A stretch of DNA of 29,177 bases, from the NCBI GenBank assembly GCA_029717555.1, contig JAMDHS010000011.1:310001-339177 (forward strand), written 5' to 3'. The notes beneath the pieces are model-generated. The model worked only from the letters and a program-made list of their open reading frames with translations. It had not been told where the DNA came from and ran no database searches. The stretch comes from Peribolospora baueri (lineage: Eukaryota). This document shows positions 1 to 12,414 of this stretch, in pieces. Each line of letters starts with the position of its first letter. Within the stretch, counting starts at the first letter, position 1. Both the position numbers and the translations under genes were made by a program.

Positions 1-1509
1 TCTGCCCCTTCGAGCACCGACGGCAGTTTGGCGATGAGGAGGCAGTCCAGCTCGCGGACACTCAGTCATACGAAGAGCACTGCCAGTCTGAAGCCGCACG
101 GATCAGCGGGCAACAATGAACTCAAGAACACACCGAGCCTGAGGGATCTGGCTGGTGAAGCTCGAAAGAGGGCGCGAGATCTGATCGTCGCTGAAGTCGA
201 GGTGGACTTGAAGCATTACCCAGCGGGCTACGAGATCACCGCTGCCTCCACCTTTTTACGTGCCTCTGAGAAACCCGGGGCGGATATCGACCAGGCGGCG
301 GAGGACGAGGCGATTGATCTTTCTCAATTGCTCGGCTCCAGCACGACTGGGGCCAGCGAGCTTCCGCTCCTCGCCAGCGTGTACGAGCTTCCCACCTCGG
401 CGTTGCGTGCCGCTTCGCTTGACGCCCCTGTTCGCGGGAGGAAGCACCTCGTGCGATTGGCCCTTCCTACTGCCAGGTATTCGCCGTCTGTCCCTGACCC
501 CCTCTCCGGCTCTCAAGAGGACGAGCGGCAGGAGCCTCCAGAGTGGTATCAGAAGCTCGCTCGGCGAGGGGCGACCGTCAACGTGAGTATCCGACCCAGC
601 AGGGAAGGAGAGGAACTTGAGGGCATTGCAAAGCCCATTCAAGTCACGATCCGTTGGCAAGGAGAGAAAGTAGGGGTGACAAGCGAGCAGGATACGGCGG
701 ACATGCTCGCGAGGGAGGCTAGGACAGGAAGTGAAGGGCCCAAGCTCGTCCGCACACGGGCTAAGGATTTGTGTGCCCCGGACATTCCGGTCGCGCCGCC
801 TTCCGGGTTGGAGCAACCGCTGGCTGCCAACGCACGCTTCAAACATCGGTCCCCCTCCAAAGTGTCGGGGTCGTCGTCACCGAATGAGGCTTCTTCCCCG
901 CCCGTGTTGTCTCGCACCCAATCCCGCACTAGCACGTCGACCGCAGACGACGAATCGAAGGCGATCAGCGCTGGTGCGAGTCGCCCGGGGCGGCTCAAGG
1001 TCGGCCATGGCGAGGCCAAGTCGGGCGCTAGCACGCCGCTGATGAGTCTCTTCAGCGGCATCACGGTAGGCGCTTATCCGCTCAGCAGGTTCACGTCCGT
1101 CCCGGCCGCAGAAGGTTCTCGCCCGACGAACGGACATGCGGAAGGTGCCGTCGTCGACCCGAGCTCTTCAGGCGCAGACCCGAAAGCGGACAAGACGGAC
1201 GGCTCGGAGACGACGATGCCCGGCGGAAGCAGCGCACTCTTGCTCCGTCAGAGCAGGGAACGGCGGCAGGCCAGGTCGTACAGCACCATGACGGTCGTCC
1301 TCGTCGCCCTCATCTTCTTCCTCCTCGGCTCCTTTTTGCGCTCGCTGCTCAGTCCGGCAGATTTCCTCCTGCAGGGGCCCCCATCGGAAATGCAAGGCCT
1401 CGTCGACGACGGGCAGGAAATCAGATGGCGCGAGATCCGGCGCCTGCTCGAGTTCAAGGGTGTGATCGGTGGGAGGGATCTCGTGGTGGCCGTCGTCAGG
1501 CGGCAATGA
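1..1509 (+). CDS. 3' part of a large conserved basidiomycete protein with a C-terminal transmembrane anchor (probably START/lipid-binding domain protein); 5' end lies outside the window
   Basis: Frame 1 is open from base 1 to TGA 1507-1509; the track start at 28 is a TTG, not a real start. The C-terminus has a hydrophobic helix (TMTVVLVALIFFLLGSFLRSLLSPADF) followed by WREIRRLLEFKGVIGGRDLVVAVVRR. I recall this tail from basidiomycete START-domain proteins, but the START domain itself is not visible here. Confidence 0.75.
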   Translation, partial: SAPSSTDGSLAMRRQSSSRTLSHTKSTASLKPHGSAGNNELKNTPSLRDLAGEARKRARDLIVAEVEVDLKHYPAGYEITAASTFLRASEKPGADIDQAAEDEAIDLSQLLGSSTTGASELPLLASVYELPTSALRAASLDAPVRGRKHLVRLALPTARYSPSVPDPLSGSQEDERQEPPEWYQKLARRGATVNVSIRPSREGEELEGIAKPIQVTIRWQGEKVGVTSEQDTADMLAREARTGSEGPKLVRTRAKDLCAPDIPVAPPSGLEQPLAANARFKHRSPSKVSGSSSPNEASSPPVLSRTQSRTSTSTADDESKAISAGASRPGRLKVGHGEAKSGASTPLMSLFSGITVGAYPLSRFTSVPAAEGSRPTNGHAEGAVVDPSSSGADPKADKTDGSETTMPGGSSALLLRQSRERRQARSYSTMTVVLVALIFFLLGSFLRSLLSPADFLLQGPPSEMQGLVDDGQEIRWREIRRLLEFKGVIGGRDLVVAVVRRQ

Positions 1510-2110
1510 TCGACCGACCGGGTCGGTCTGTCTGTCTGTCGGTCGCCTTTTCCTCGCTTTTTTTTTTCTTCTTTCTTTTTCTGGAATTCGGGCCACCTCA
1601 GTTCGTCCGATCGTTAGCTAGTTTTTTAGGGAGTCTGGTAGTTTGAAGTTAGGTCACTCACCCCGTCATCCCCCTCTCCTCCTTTCGGTCCGCTGGTCCT
1701 TTGACACTACCCATCGCTGTCTTCACATACAAGGCGACAGACAGTCTCTTCCTTCTTCGCAGCCCTTTCCAACGACCCCGCGTATTTGATGGCCCGCCAC
1801 CCGCTCCACCGTGGCCAGTGTATGTGTGTATAAGGCTCTGTCTAGGTTTTTTTTCGCAAGTCCAACCCCCGCCCCGCCCGTCTCTCCCCACGCGCGAACG
1901 ACATTTTGATATTAATCCAAATTAAGGTTCCCCTCCAACCCACGCTATATCCCGTCTCGGGCACGAAAACACGAACGTCCGGGCAGGTCCGGGTCGGAAA
2001 AGATGGGGTCGGTGGAAATAGGTAGAAATATTGACTATAGATAGGTATGGTGGGAGGGAACGAGCGTCCAAGCAAGAAAGGGAACGGACGCGAACCGAAC
2101 GAGGCGAGCG

Positions 2111-2124
2111 AAAAAAAAAAAAAG

Positions 2125-2154
<30 letters not shown>
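2111..2154. repeat. poly(A) tract with one G interruption
   Basis: Directly visible between the convergent 3' ends of genes 1 and 2; a (CCAT)n run follows at about 2291-2312. Confidence 0.95.
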
Positions 2155-2156
<2 letters not shown>

Positions 2157-2316
2157 AAAGCGCGGGGAGGAAAGAAAGACGGAGAGAAGCTTGGCGAACC
2201 GAGGGGAGAGCAGAGCAAGACAGAGCAGAACAGAACGGAGCAAAGGAAGGAGGAGCAAAGGGCAAATAAAGGCACGCTCGATGCCTCCCGATCCATCCAT
2301 CCATCCATCCATCGCC

Positions 2317-4690
2317 TCAATCGTGGACAGTGCTCCCGCTAAGTCCACCAATGCTCTTACTCTTTCTCACCAAATCCTCCTCCCCTTCCTTCTCAGCCGA
2401 AGTCGACTTTGATGCCGACCCATCGGCGCCGCCTTCCGTGTTCTTACTCTTGTAGCTCGGCGCGGGGCTGGAGAGGAAGGGCGGTCGGGGGACGCCGAGG
2501 CCGAGTCCGGCGCCGGCTACGATGCGCGAGAGCGGACTGGTGAGCTCGTCGTCCGACGCGCTCTCGTCTCTGCCCTGGAAGGAGACCTGAGCGGCGGCGG
2601 CGGCGGTGGGAGAGGCGGACGCCGGATAGTCGTAGCCGAAGGCGTAACCCTGGCCGTAGCCGGCCGCCTCAACGTTGGCCTTGGCCTTGGCGGTGGGAGA
2701 GGAGGAGAGCAAGCGAGCCTTGCGAAGACGGAAAGAGTCGTCGGAATCGTACTCGGTATCGTCCTCGCTCGCTTCTCCACCCTCGCCACCGTCGCTGCTT
2801 GACATGTCCGCCTCGAGATCGATACCGCGGCGACCGTATTGGGCGCCGCCGGTGGAGTTTGTCAGTGGCGTGAACTTGGCAGGTCCCCTGCCGGCCTTGC
2901 GCTTCGACTTTCCGTGTCTCTCGCCTTTGCGAGCGGCGCGCCTCTCCGCCACGCCCACGAGCAGGGAGTCCTGACCGGGCGCTTGGTAAACGTGCGAGGG
3001 AGCGCCGCCGGTGCCAAGGGCCGAGGTGAACTTTTCCCATGCGGACGGCTCGGGGACGAAGGACCCTTGTCGACCTGAGCCGGTGCTCGAGATGACGTCA
3101 GCGTACTGAGATAGGTAGTTGTCCCAATTCTGACGACGTGGGGGAGCCCGGGCGTGTGGACGAGGACGGGGAAGAGGATCACCAGTCTACGTAAGTTTTC
3201 GGATCGAGCAGGGAGCGAGAAAACGCTCGGGCTCGGAAAAGGGGGCAGGTGGTCACTCACCTCCTCCTGGTCCACGCCGCTGCTCTTATGGAACAGCTCC
3301 TCGAAAAGGATGGAAAGTACGGCGGTACAGACAGCACCCGCGATGAGGCCTTTGAACGGACCCTGTCCCCAGCTGGGCCGCGTAGCAGCGTCAGACACGG
3401 GGGTGCCGCCAGTGACGGCGAGAAGGGTGATGAGGTCCAGCCAGGCCCGGCAGGTTTGGTGGGGCGGCGCGAGCAAAGCGACGCCTGCGATAAAGGCGTA
3501 AGCGCCGAGCGGGGAAGTGAGCACTGTAAGAGCGTGTCTGTACAAGCTCGGCCAGCGTGACGCCGTCGGGATGGTGGTGACGAGAAGAGAGAGCGGAACA
3601 AAGACGGAGAGAAGAACGAGTCGGGGCACGAGATTTTCGATGCCGAACATGGCCGTGATGATGAGGACCAGAGATGCCCCGCCTCCGAATCCCGTTGCAA
3701 GGCGACCGGCGATTTTGAAGCGGCCGCAGAGGGCGGCGCCAAGGACGCCCGCGCCGAGCCATACACCGAACGTCCCGTTGGCGCCGAGAGCCCTGGAGTA
3801 GGAGATGTGAGAAGAGACCGCGGCGGCGAGGAAGAGGGCGAGGAAGCCTGGAAGGGCGTCGCAGATGGGGTGAAGAGAAGAAGAAAAAAACGGTCGAGTT
3901 TGGTTCATCTCTCTTCTCGCCTCGCAGACGTCGCAGTCGTCCCGTTTCTTATACTCGAACGCTCACCCGCCGTTAAGAACCCGCTCGCCACGCCGGCCAA
4001 TCCAGCGCGAAGGAGCGGAGGCTTGCTGCGTTCCATGCGTCCCCTCGCGCGCCTTCTGGAGAGCCAGTTAAAGGAGGCCCAGCCAAAGAAGGCGAGCTGG
4101 AGACCAAAGGCGATGAAGAGGATCGCGTAGACGATCCGGAAAGGCTCGGAGGAGGACATGGTGGACGATACTGGAAGGAAATGATGGAGGCCGGTCGCGT
4201 GAGTAGACGCGCGGAGAGCGAAGCGGCCTTAACCCCTTAGGCTTGCATGCGGACGCTCACGCGAATACACCGGCGTAGGCATCACCGACGACGTTCCCAA
4301 ATCATCAACAGCAAAAGAAGACGCAGCAATGGAGGCCGGCTTGCCATAATTGCCTCGGAAGAGCTCGTCGGCTGTCGGCGGCCTTCCGCCCTTGTTGGCC
4401 CAGTCGACGAGAGCTTGGGCAATATCGGAGCTGGACTGGCCCTTGTAGCGCGTGTCGGAGGGTTCGGGGATGGAGGCGAGGAGGGAGGAGAGGTTTATTG
4501 TAGGTGAAGGGGAGGCGGCATGGGCATCGGCGGCGAGGTTCTTGACGTTGGCGTCGACGACAGGAGAAGAGGTGGCACCGGATTTACGGTTGGACCACGC
4601 GAGGAGAGCTTGGTAGAGGTCCGAGGACTCGTGTCCTTGGTAGGTGTGATCGGCGGAAGACGAGATGGCGGATGCGGCGGGCGCCGACAT
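2317..4690 (-). CDS. Multi-pass membrane protein, DUF4203 (TM7S3/TMEM198-like) type, about 677 aa, 4 exons
   Basis: Exons 4690-4261, 4170-3967, 3847-3261 and 3129-2317 have GTGAG donors and CAG acceptors and join in frame (2034 nt). Several Gly/Ala-rich hydrophobic helices are present (IVYAILFIAFGLQLAFFGW, FGVWLGAGVLGAALCG, LATGFGGGASLVLIITAMFG, SPLGAYAFIAGVALL, GLIAGAVCTAVLSILFE), followed by a long charged, low-complexity tail. Family assignment is from motif recollection. Confidence 0.8.
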
Positions 4691-5637
4691 GGCGGGCGTG
4701 ATCGCTACTGAGCGGCACGGCACGATCGGGAGAAGAAGAAATCGTTCAAAACGTCGTGAATACCGTAAATTGATTCGTCATGAGTTTCGTGAGAGGAAAG
4801 AGAGGTGCGCGGCTGAAGGGATGGCGATGGAGAGAAAAGAGAAGAAGGGATGGCGACGGGGATGGGGATGGTTGGTCTGAGGATATCCTCCCACCGATAT
4901 CCTAACCACGACGGAGGTGTGACGAAAGCGACGCGGAGAGATGGCGGAGGGGCCAGCCCCCCTATCCTACAGGAACGCGCACGTGACCGTCGATCACCGT
5001 GGAGTGTGTGGAGTTGGCGGAGTTGCGGAGAAAAGGGCGCGCACGCGCATATGAGCGTGCCCACGGCCAACAAGGACTCCCTACGATCGTCACGAAATGG
5101 GACAAGAGAAGAAACGTAGTCGTCCATCCTGCAGCTGACGTATGTTACAAGGAGAGAAGGGAATGTAGAAGATGAAGAACGGTAAAAAGGGAGTCGACGG
5201 GGCTGGGCTGCGTGCGTGAAAGAGATGGAGATGGCGGATGGGATGGGACGGGACGGATGCGGTGCTTGGGCGGATGCGAGCGAGCGAGGCGGGCGTGGGC
5301 GAACGGATGCGTGAGAATGGACGAGTGGGTGCGTTGCGTTTCGTGCGTGCATGCGTGCGTGCGTGGGCGTGTATGATTCAAAAGGACATGGACGAACCGA
5401 GTTGTCGAGCAAGGCGAGGACGGGACGGCGGGTCGAAATCGCGTGCGCCAGCAGCTCACGCGCTCACAGACTGGAAGGCGAGAAGGATCGTCTGGGGCGC
5501 AAAGGAGAAAGAAAGGGACAAGATGGACGTGACAAAAGGGAGACACGGTATCGAACGCCCGCGCCGGTCGTTTTTCGCGTCGAGCGGTCCCGCAGGGCGT
5601 AGAGTCGGCTCGGGCTCGACTGGGCGGGCCGGCCGGG

Positions 5638-6480
5638 TCAGTGCGGCATGACGACTCGTACGATCTCAAAGTCGACCACACGGTGTTCCAGCGGTACCTA
5701 CGAGACGATGAGACAAGGAGAAGAGGGGGAGGACGGCGGGGAGAGGGAGAGGTGAGAAGGGACGCCGACAGAGGATGGATGAGTGGGAGCAGCAGACCGC
5801 TCACCATCGGGAGCCTTGACTCGCCTACGGCGCGGTTCTTGTCGAGCGGCTGATAACCGAGCTCCAAGAATCGAAATTTCTGTTGTCGTTGTCGTTGTCA
5901 TCGTCACGTCAGGGTCCGGTCCAGACGAAGGGCGAGATGAGGGAGTGAGACAACGCGACGTTCCTGGCCGGAGATCGACGGAGGACGGACGGATGCACGG
6001 CGGCTCGCTCACCTTGTCTTTCAAGTAACCGCCCCTGGCTCTGAGCGCCGCCTCGACCATCCTCCAAGAGGCGTCCACGCTAGCGATACAATCCACCTCG
6101 CCCTCCTCCCTCCAGTTCACCTCCCCCCTCAGCGCAAACTCCAAGACGCGCTGGGCGTGAGGGTACATGCGATTGTCGAGCCAGCCGTGTCGGCTGGACA
6201 CGTCGCCTTCGACGAAGAGCACGGGCGGGAAGTAGGGCGCGGTGCGGCGGCGGAGGAGGTCTTGCTGGACGAGGAGTTGGTCGATCCGCGCTTGGAGGTG
6301 TGCCTGCGCGGAGAGGTGGGCGATGGCCAGTGCGGCCCTGGTGGGGCGGAGGTGGAGGGGCGTCGAAGGGGTGCACGAGTCGAGGAGCCGGTCGAGCTCG
6401 GCGAGCGGGTCGTGCTGGTTTCGGGCAGGGGGAGAGGCGGAGGCGGAGGCGGAGGTGGAGAAGGAAGGGCGACGGGGCAT
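5638..6480 (-). CDS. Hypothetical 200-aa protein, 3 exons; possible C-terminal ubiquitin/SUMO-like beta-grasp domain
   Basis: ATG at 6480. Exons 6480-6013, 5879-5805 and 5697-5638 have GTGAGC donors and CAG/TAG acceptors, all phase 0 (603 nt). The product reads ...GGYLKDK|KFRFLELGYQPLDKNRAVGESRLPM|VPLEHRVVDFEIVRVVMPH*. Confidence 0.65.
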
Positions 6481-8207
6481 GTTGTGGACGTCTTTGTCCC
6501 TCGACCGAAGGGGGAGACACATCCAGCATGCGTGTATAACAGCGGGGGCAGGGGAAGGGGACACGGAAGCCGACGGCGGTGTCCAACGGCGAGCTCAATT
6601 TATGTGCGGTGAGAAGGGGTGGTGAGAAGGCGGGCGGGTAAAAGGCGTACAGGCGTCCTCTCTTCTCCTCTCCTCTCCTGACAGCCCTATCTCTGTCGGA
6701 TTGCTGGACGGGGCGGAGGAGAGACGAGCAAGGTAGGACCGAGTCCACTCTGTCCGCGCACCCCCTAACTTAATCATCCGTCCAAGTAGAACGAACGCAG
6801 GGTGCGCTTGCGAAGCGATGAGAGCGAGGACGGCTTGCAAGCTTGGACGCGCACACACGACGCACGCGAGCACGATCGCCGCCGGTCGTACGAGGGTGTG
6901 TGCAAGGTCGGAGCAAGGCAAGGTCGGGAAGGTGCGATGAAGGAGGGCAAGACGTTGCGTGGGCGGAGACGGGCACGAAGAAAGGAGGGCAGGTGGAAGC
7001 AGCGGGATGGGTGGGTGGCTAGATCCGCGCCGGCGAGGCGGAAGCTGGAAGCTGGAAGCTGGGGAAGCAGAGTGGTAGAGATGAAGGAATGCTGTTTCTT
7101 TGGGGGCGATGGAGTGAAAGACGCACTTGGAGCGACTTGTCCATCATCTATCCGTCTCTTTCGTTCCATGTCTATCCGTCCCGCCAGAAACCTATCTAAC
7201 CGACGACGACGACGACGGTGGACGCTCTCTTTCTTTCTCTCTCACGCGCTCGCCCGACTAGCACTTTTCCAGCCAGCGCCAGAGGAGATAGACACGATGG
7301 AGACACTGCAAGAACTAGACAGACCAACCGACCGAACGGCCTCTTGCGCCAGCCGGCTTGCATCGCATTTCCGTCCATTCCGGTACGACCCATGCTCGAC
7401 CAGGCGCCCGCCGGAGACTAGCCGCGGGGCCTATATGTAGACAGACAGCGGGCGATCATAGTCGCTCTCGACCAGTTGTCGATCGATCAAATTGACTTTC
7501 TATCCTCGCCTCGTCTCCGCCGCCGGCCACTTCGAGGTCGGATGAGAGCCACCTGGGCGGGAGCGGATCCAAGGACGGCGACGTTGGGTGGCGCTCGAAG
7601 AGAGGAGAGCGCGCGGCTCTACAGGTCGAGGCGCAGGCCAGGCCACCAGCGGCGACCGTCGACTGCGAATGCAGCGTACGAAGGTGCCGTCACCTCTTGC
7701 CTACATAGGCGATGGACGATATCCTCCGGGTCGACGGACGGAACTGCGACGGAGCGGGTCAGCAACCCTCGTAGACGACCCACGCCTCCTTGTCCAACGA
7801 CGGCCGCCATAACCACCGCCTCCGTCGACGGCGACTACGGCCACCAACGCCACCACCACCACATCGTTCTCGCTCTCGCTCTGAACATGACGGGCAAGAA
7901 AAAAAGAAAATACGCCTCTTTGCCTTCCTTTCGTCCTCCCTCCTCTCCATCGCCGCCTTCGGAGCCGACCCGAACCGCCCTACCCTCGCCGCAGCCAGGT
8001 CCGCCGCCCGGCACGGCGTGTCCGGGGCACCGGGGCACCGGCCGCCGGAAGGAACGCGCGCCGGGCCGAGATGAACAGATGGATGGGCCTGTGAAACAAC
8101 GTCGATCACCGCCGCCATCGTCGTCGTCGTCGTCGCCATTTCCAACGCTTGCATCGTTGGTCCATCTCGTGTCGCCTCTCCTGCCCCCCTAACCCTCCCT
8201 TCACACC

Positions 8208-10170
8208 ATGGCCGAAGACCAGCCCACGCCCGGACCGGCCCGCATCACGTCCATGAGCTCCGCTCTGGATGTCGAGGAGCTCGATACCAACCTATACAGG
8301 AGCAAGGTGAGCGAAGATGCGCCTGTGCTGCATGGAGGGCCAGCGTCGGAGGCAAGACCTTTCCAGCCGGACGCCGGCCATTTCTCGCCTTCCTCACCTC
8401 GCCTTACCTGCCTTGCCCCCCCATCTGCAGATGCTCTGGACGCCCGCTCGAGCTCGAGGCGTCTTCGGAGGCCAGGTGAGCGCTCAGTCTCCGACCGCCT
8501 TTGTTTTTCGTCTTCCTGATTTTGTCGTTGCCATCGATCTTCTTGTCTTCCATGTCCGTCTCCATCACCGCTGCAGGTCATCGGTCAGGCCGTCATGGCT
8601 GCTTTGGGCACCGTCAAGCCAGGCTACGCTCTTCACGTGAGCCCGTCCCCGTCTCGATCGTCTTTTACGGCGGTCGCGCTGTGCCATGCCGCGCTTCGCT
8701 CAATGTCGCCCGCTTCCTATCTGTTTCGCGTTCAGTCCCTTCATTGCTACTTCCTCCTCGCCGGCGACGAGACTGTGCCGATCATCTACACCGTTACACG
8801 CGTGCGAGACGGTGAGCCTCGGCTGCAGGCCTTTGGACTCTACGCACGTCCTTGCCCTTGTCTTGCTCACCTTCTCCCCCCCTTTTTGTTCCCTTTCCCT
8901 TGCCTTTCTTCTGCCTTCCAGGCCGTTCCTACGCGACCCGCCTCGTGACGGCCGCCCAACGGGACAGACCCATCTTCGTCCTCCTAGCCTCCTACCAAAC
9001 CCCCGAGCCTGGTCAACCCCAACACCAACTTCCTCCTCCCCCCTCCGTCCCGCCTCCCCATTCCTGCCCCCTCAACGAGGAGCACTACAAGGCCACGTTG
9101 CGCGCAAAGCCACACCTTCCTGAGCGTGTGCGCAGGGCGCTAGAGGACTACATCGAAGACCGCCAGCTGAGCCCGATCGAGATACGCGACGCGATGACCC
9201 AGTATGGCGACGACGGCTTGCCCATCCCCGGCGTGGAGCAGCGGTTTTGGATGCGCGCCAAGGAGAGGATCGATCTTGGCAAGGCGCGCAGGGACGGCGA
9301 GCGGGAGGAGGAGACGAGGGCGGTGGAGTATCAGAAGGCCGTCGTCGCCTACATGTCGGAGTGAGTCAGCCCTCCGGCCGCCGCGCTTCCTGAGTCCCTC
9401 CGCGTGTCCTGAATCCTTCTCTTTCGCCCCGCCCCGCTCCATCGCTCGCCAGCTTCATGCTCCTCTCCACGGTCCCCAAGGCTCAAGGGATCGGCGTCAA
9501 GATCGCCATGATGGCAAGCTTGGACCACTCCATGTGGTTTTACGAGTGAGTCTCCGTCCCTCCTTGTCTTTTCTCCTTTTTTCTCCTTTTTTTTTTCTCC
9601 TTTTTTTTTTTTTTTTTTTTTTCTTTTCGTCCGCTCGAGCGAGCGAGATGAGATCCGCAAGGGTGGCTTTTGTCCCCCTACGCGCCGGTGTTCCTTACCT
9701 TGTCTTCTCTCTCGTCTCCCCAGTCTTTTTGACGTGTCCGAGTGGCTCCTCTACACGGTGAGTACGATCCCTTTCCTTTCCGAGCCCATCCACCAGAAGC
9801 TCACCACGTCTTCTGGCCGCTTCTTCCGCGTCTCCGCCTCCCTCCCTCCCGTCAGCTCGAATCGCCTAGGTCGAGCCACGGACGGGGTTTGGTGAACGGC
9901 CGGCTTTACAAACGGGATGGCACACTCGTCGCCCTCGTGGTGAGTGACGTGGCTCGCTCGGAACGAAGGAAAGGATCGGTTCGCTCCATTTCCGTTCCAC
10001 CCTCTCATCCTCGCTTCCCCACCTCTATCTCTCTCTGACACATCGCCTTTCTACCGCCTTACCACTTCCTCCCTCCCCTCCACCGCACGTCCCGTCGCCA
10101 GGCGCAAGAAGGCTTGGTGCGTAGAGCGCTCCCGTCCGCTCCGGACGCCAAGGCCAAGGCCAAGCTGTGA
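8208..10170 (+). CDS. TES1: Peroxisomal acyl-CoA thioesterase II (TesB/Tes1/ACOT8 family), copy A, 332 aa, 9 exons
   Basis: Exons 8208-8306, 8431-8475, 8577-8636, 8736-8811, 8922-9360, 9453-9545, 9724-9757, 9856-9939 and 10102-10170 (999 nt, all GT-AG, in frame). Family motifs: LDVEELDTNLYRSK, RGVFGGQVIGQA, SLHCYFLLAG, VRDGRSYATR, AYMSDF, MASLDHSMWFY, WLLY, RGLVNGRLY..DGTLVA, AQEG. The C-terminal AKL is a PTS1. Confidence 0.95.
9590..9627. repeat. poly(T)-rich tract inside intron 6 of thioesterase A
   Basis: Directly visible T runs within intron 9546-9723. Confidence 0.9.
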
Positions 10171-10859
10171 GAAGACGGACAAGAGCGGCATCATAGATGA
10201 CGGCGCCCCTTCGTCCTTCGTCCTTTTCCCGTTCGTTTCGGTTGGTACGGCGGCAGGAGGAAAGAGAGTTTTTATATATGTACACCATCCGTCCACCATC
10301 CATCCATCCATCCGACCCGGCCCGGCCCCATCGGGGTCGGCGAGCCGTCTGGTCACTATCGTACACTGTCTGTCGTACCACCCCCCCCCCCCTCCCCCTT
10401 CCCTTGGGTGAATGTGAACATACCACGGACGCACGGCCGGGCGGGAAATTTTCCGACCTGCCTTGAAATGGGTCGGGTCCGGTCGGGCGCGGAACCGAGA
10501 TGGGGCGCTCGCTTCCGGTCCACGTCACGCAACACAACACAACACATCAAGCATCGCCCTCCTTTGCTCTGTCTGTGCCTGCTTGCTTGCTTGCCTTGAT
10601 TGGACTCGGACTCGCTACTACTGTATGTAGAGACCGATCTCGAAAGCGAAAGCCGTCCATCTACGTAGCCCATTTGTTTTCCTCTGGTCTCCGGATACGG
10701 ACCGACACTGGCCAACGACCTTCGTGGGACGGCGCGGCGCACCGGCACCGACTTGCACGCTCTCCGGAACGAGGCGAGGCAGGCGAGGCAAGGCAAGGGT
10801 CGTCGTGTCGTCGGCGCCGCCACCCTCCTCCCCTCCCTCCCTCCGCCTTGCCGAGTCAG

Positions 10860-10919
10860 TCAGATGAAATCAAATGAAATCAGATCAGATCAAATCAAAT
10901 CAGATCAGATGAGATCAGA
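10860..10919. repeat. Degenerate pentanucleotide microsatellite (TCAGA/TCAAA/TGAAA), about 12 units
   Basis: tcagatgaaatcaaatgaaatcagatcagatcaaatcaaatcagatcagatgagatcaga. Confidence 0.9.
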
Positions 10920-12192
10920 GCGGGAGGGCGAACCCGCTCCCCAACACCGTCCCCAGCCCACACCCTCCCACTCCGTCCCGCCCCGCCACGCCACACCACA
11001 CGACGACACGACACGACACGACGGCTTGCGACGTGCTCGCTCGCCTCGCTCACGAGCGGATGCGAAGGAAGGATGGATGGAAGGCTCGCGAGGGTAGGAG
11101 CAGGTGGAAATTGGATTGGATTGCGACGCGCGCAGGTTGCAGGCGTCGGCATAGGCGAAGGTGCGGGGACGGGGACGGGGACGCATTTACGTTGTGAGCG
11201 GCGCTTCTTCTCCCGGCACCCTCCTTTCCTTCCTTCTTCCTTCCTTTCTTCCTTCCTTCCTTCAGCGCTCGGCCAGGCCCGACGAGCGGGGCGAAGAAGG
11301 GAAGACGGATGGAGCGAGGGCGGCCGTCCTTTCGTCCCGTCCGTCCTGGCGTCGTCGTCGTCGTCGCGATTCGACGATGGCGTCCGACGACACCGACGAT
11401 GAATAACTTAAGCGCCCGGGAATCATCATCATGGGCGCGTCACCAACGGACATGTGTGACGCGACCGTCGTCTTTATCTCACCCTCCACCTCCGCGCGGC
11501 GGGCCGATAGGCGAAAGAAAGAAAGTACCGGCGAAAATAAGCAGACAGAGGAGCACGTGCTGGATGACGTTCCGCTTTTTTTGTCGCGCGCCTCCCTCGC
11601 TCTCGCTCTCGCTCTCGCGCTCGGCTGGCCTGGGCCACACACACCGGGGCTTTGGGGTGTGCAATGCACTGCACTGCACTGCGGGGCGCTGCTCTGCGCT
11701 GCATTGCACTGCGCTGCGCGTTGCAAAGGTCGTGGTCGAGAAACGCGGTATGTATGTGCACAGCGGCAGGCTGGCGAGGGCGCGTGCGCTCCGTGTCTGT
11801 CGACCGGAGTTGGGGCGGGGAGTTAGAGCGAGAGCGAGCGAGAGGCGGCCTTAAGTTAACTTGGCATATCGGCCGCGGTGGAGGCAAAGTAAAAAGTGAA
11901 AGTAAAATAAAGCACGCGCTCCTTTCGCTCGTTCTCGCGCGCGTTTTTCGCCCAGGATAGCATAGCAGGCCTGATAGGGCTGGAATCAAGTGGTGGAGCG
12001 CGTCTGTCTGGCCGTTTCGAATGCACGAATGCCATCGTGTTTCAGGTCGCAGGCACACGCACGTCGCTCGGCGTTTCGGTCCGTCCCCGGCAGAGGAGGA
12101 AGACGTCGGCCGATCGGTCGTCGTCGAGACGGGCGCCTCGGCCCCACCACGCCACGCCCACCCGCGCGTCGTGCTGCCTGTCCGGTGGTCAT

Positions 12193-12286
12193 GTCCATGT
12201 CCAAATCCATCGTGTCCATCGTGTCCACGTCCACGTCCACGCCCACGTCCATGTTCACGTCCACGCCCACGCCCATGTCCATGTCC
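12193..12286. repeat. Degenerate hexanucleotide microsatellite (GTCCAY/GCCCAC)n
   Basis: Directly visible; produces spurious His/Gly and Ser/Thr repeats in the ORF track. Confidence 0.85.
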
Positions 12287-12414
12287 GCTCTCGTTCCTGC
12301 AGCGTGCGATCGCTTCCAGAAGCCGGCGCGCGCGGAGGTTTGAGGTTGGCGATTTGAGTTGAGTTAGGTCGCGTCGTCGCCCTCGCCCGTCGGCCACAAC
12401 CCTGCATTCAAGCC

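Noticed and set aside
2111..2154. Long poly(A) tract as a retrotransposon/SINE tail
   Set aside because: No target-site duplication, internal Pol III boxes or RT remnant visible; similar homopolymers occur at 9590-9627 and 29139-29175, so it is a general local feature.
7965..7977. CCG-N7-CCG (AcuK/AcuM-type site) upstream of thioesterase A
   Set aside because: The site is present, but such motifs are expected frequently by chance in GC-rich DNA and I found no matching site upstream of copy B.
6802..8192. ORFs 6802-7440 and 7476-8192 as genes
   Set aside because: Arg/Pro/Ser-rich translations without recognisable motifs or convincing splice structure; the interval is best explained as the divergent promoter of the orphan gene and thioesterase A.
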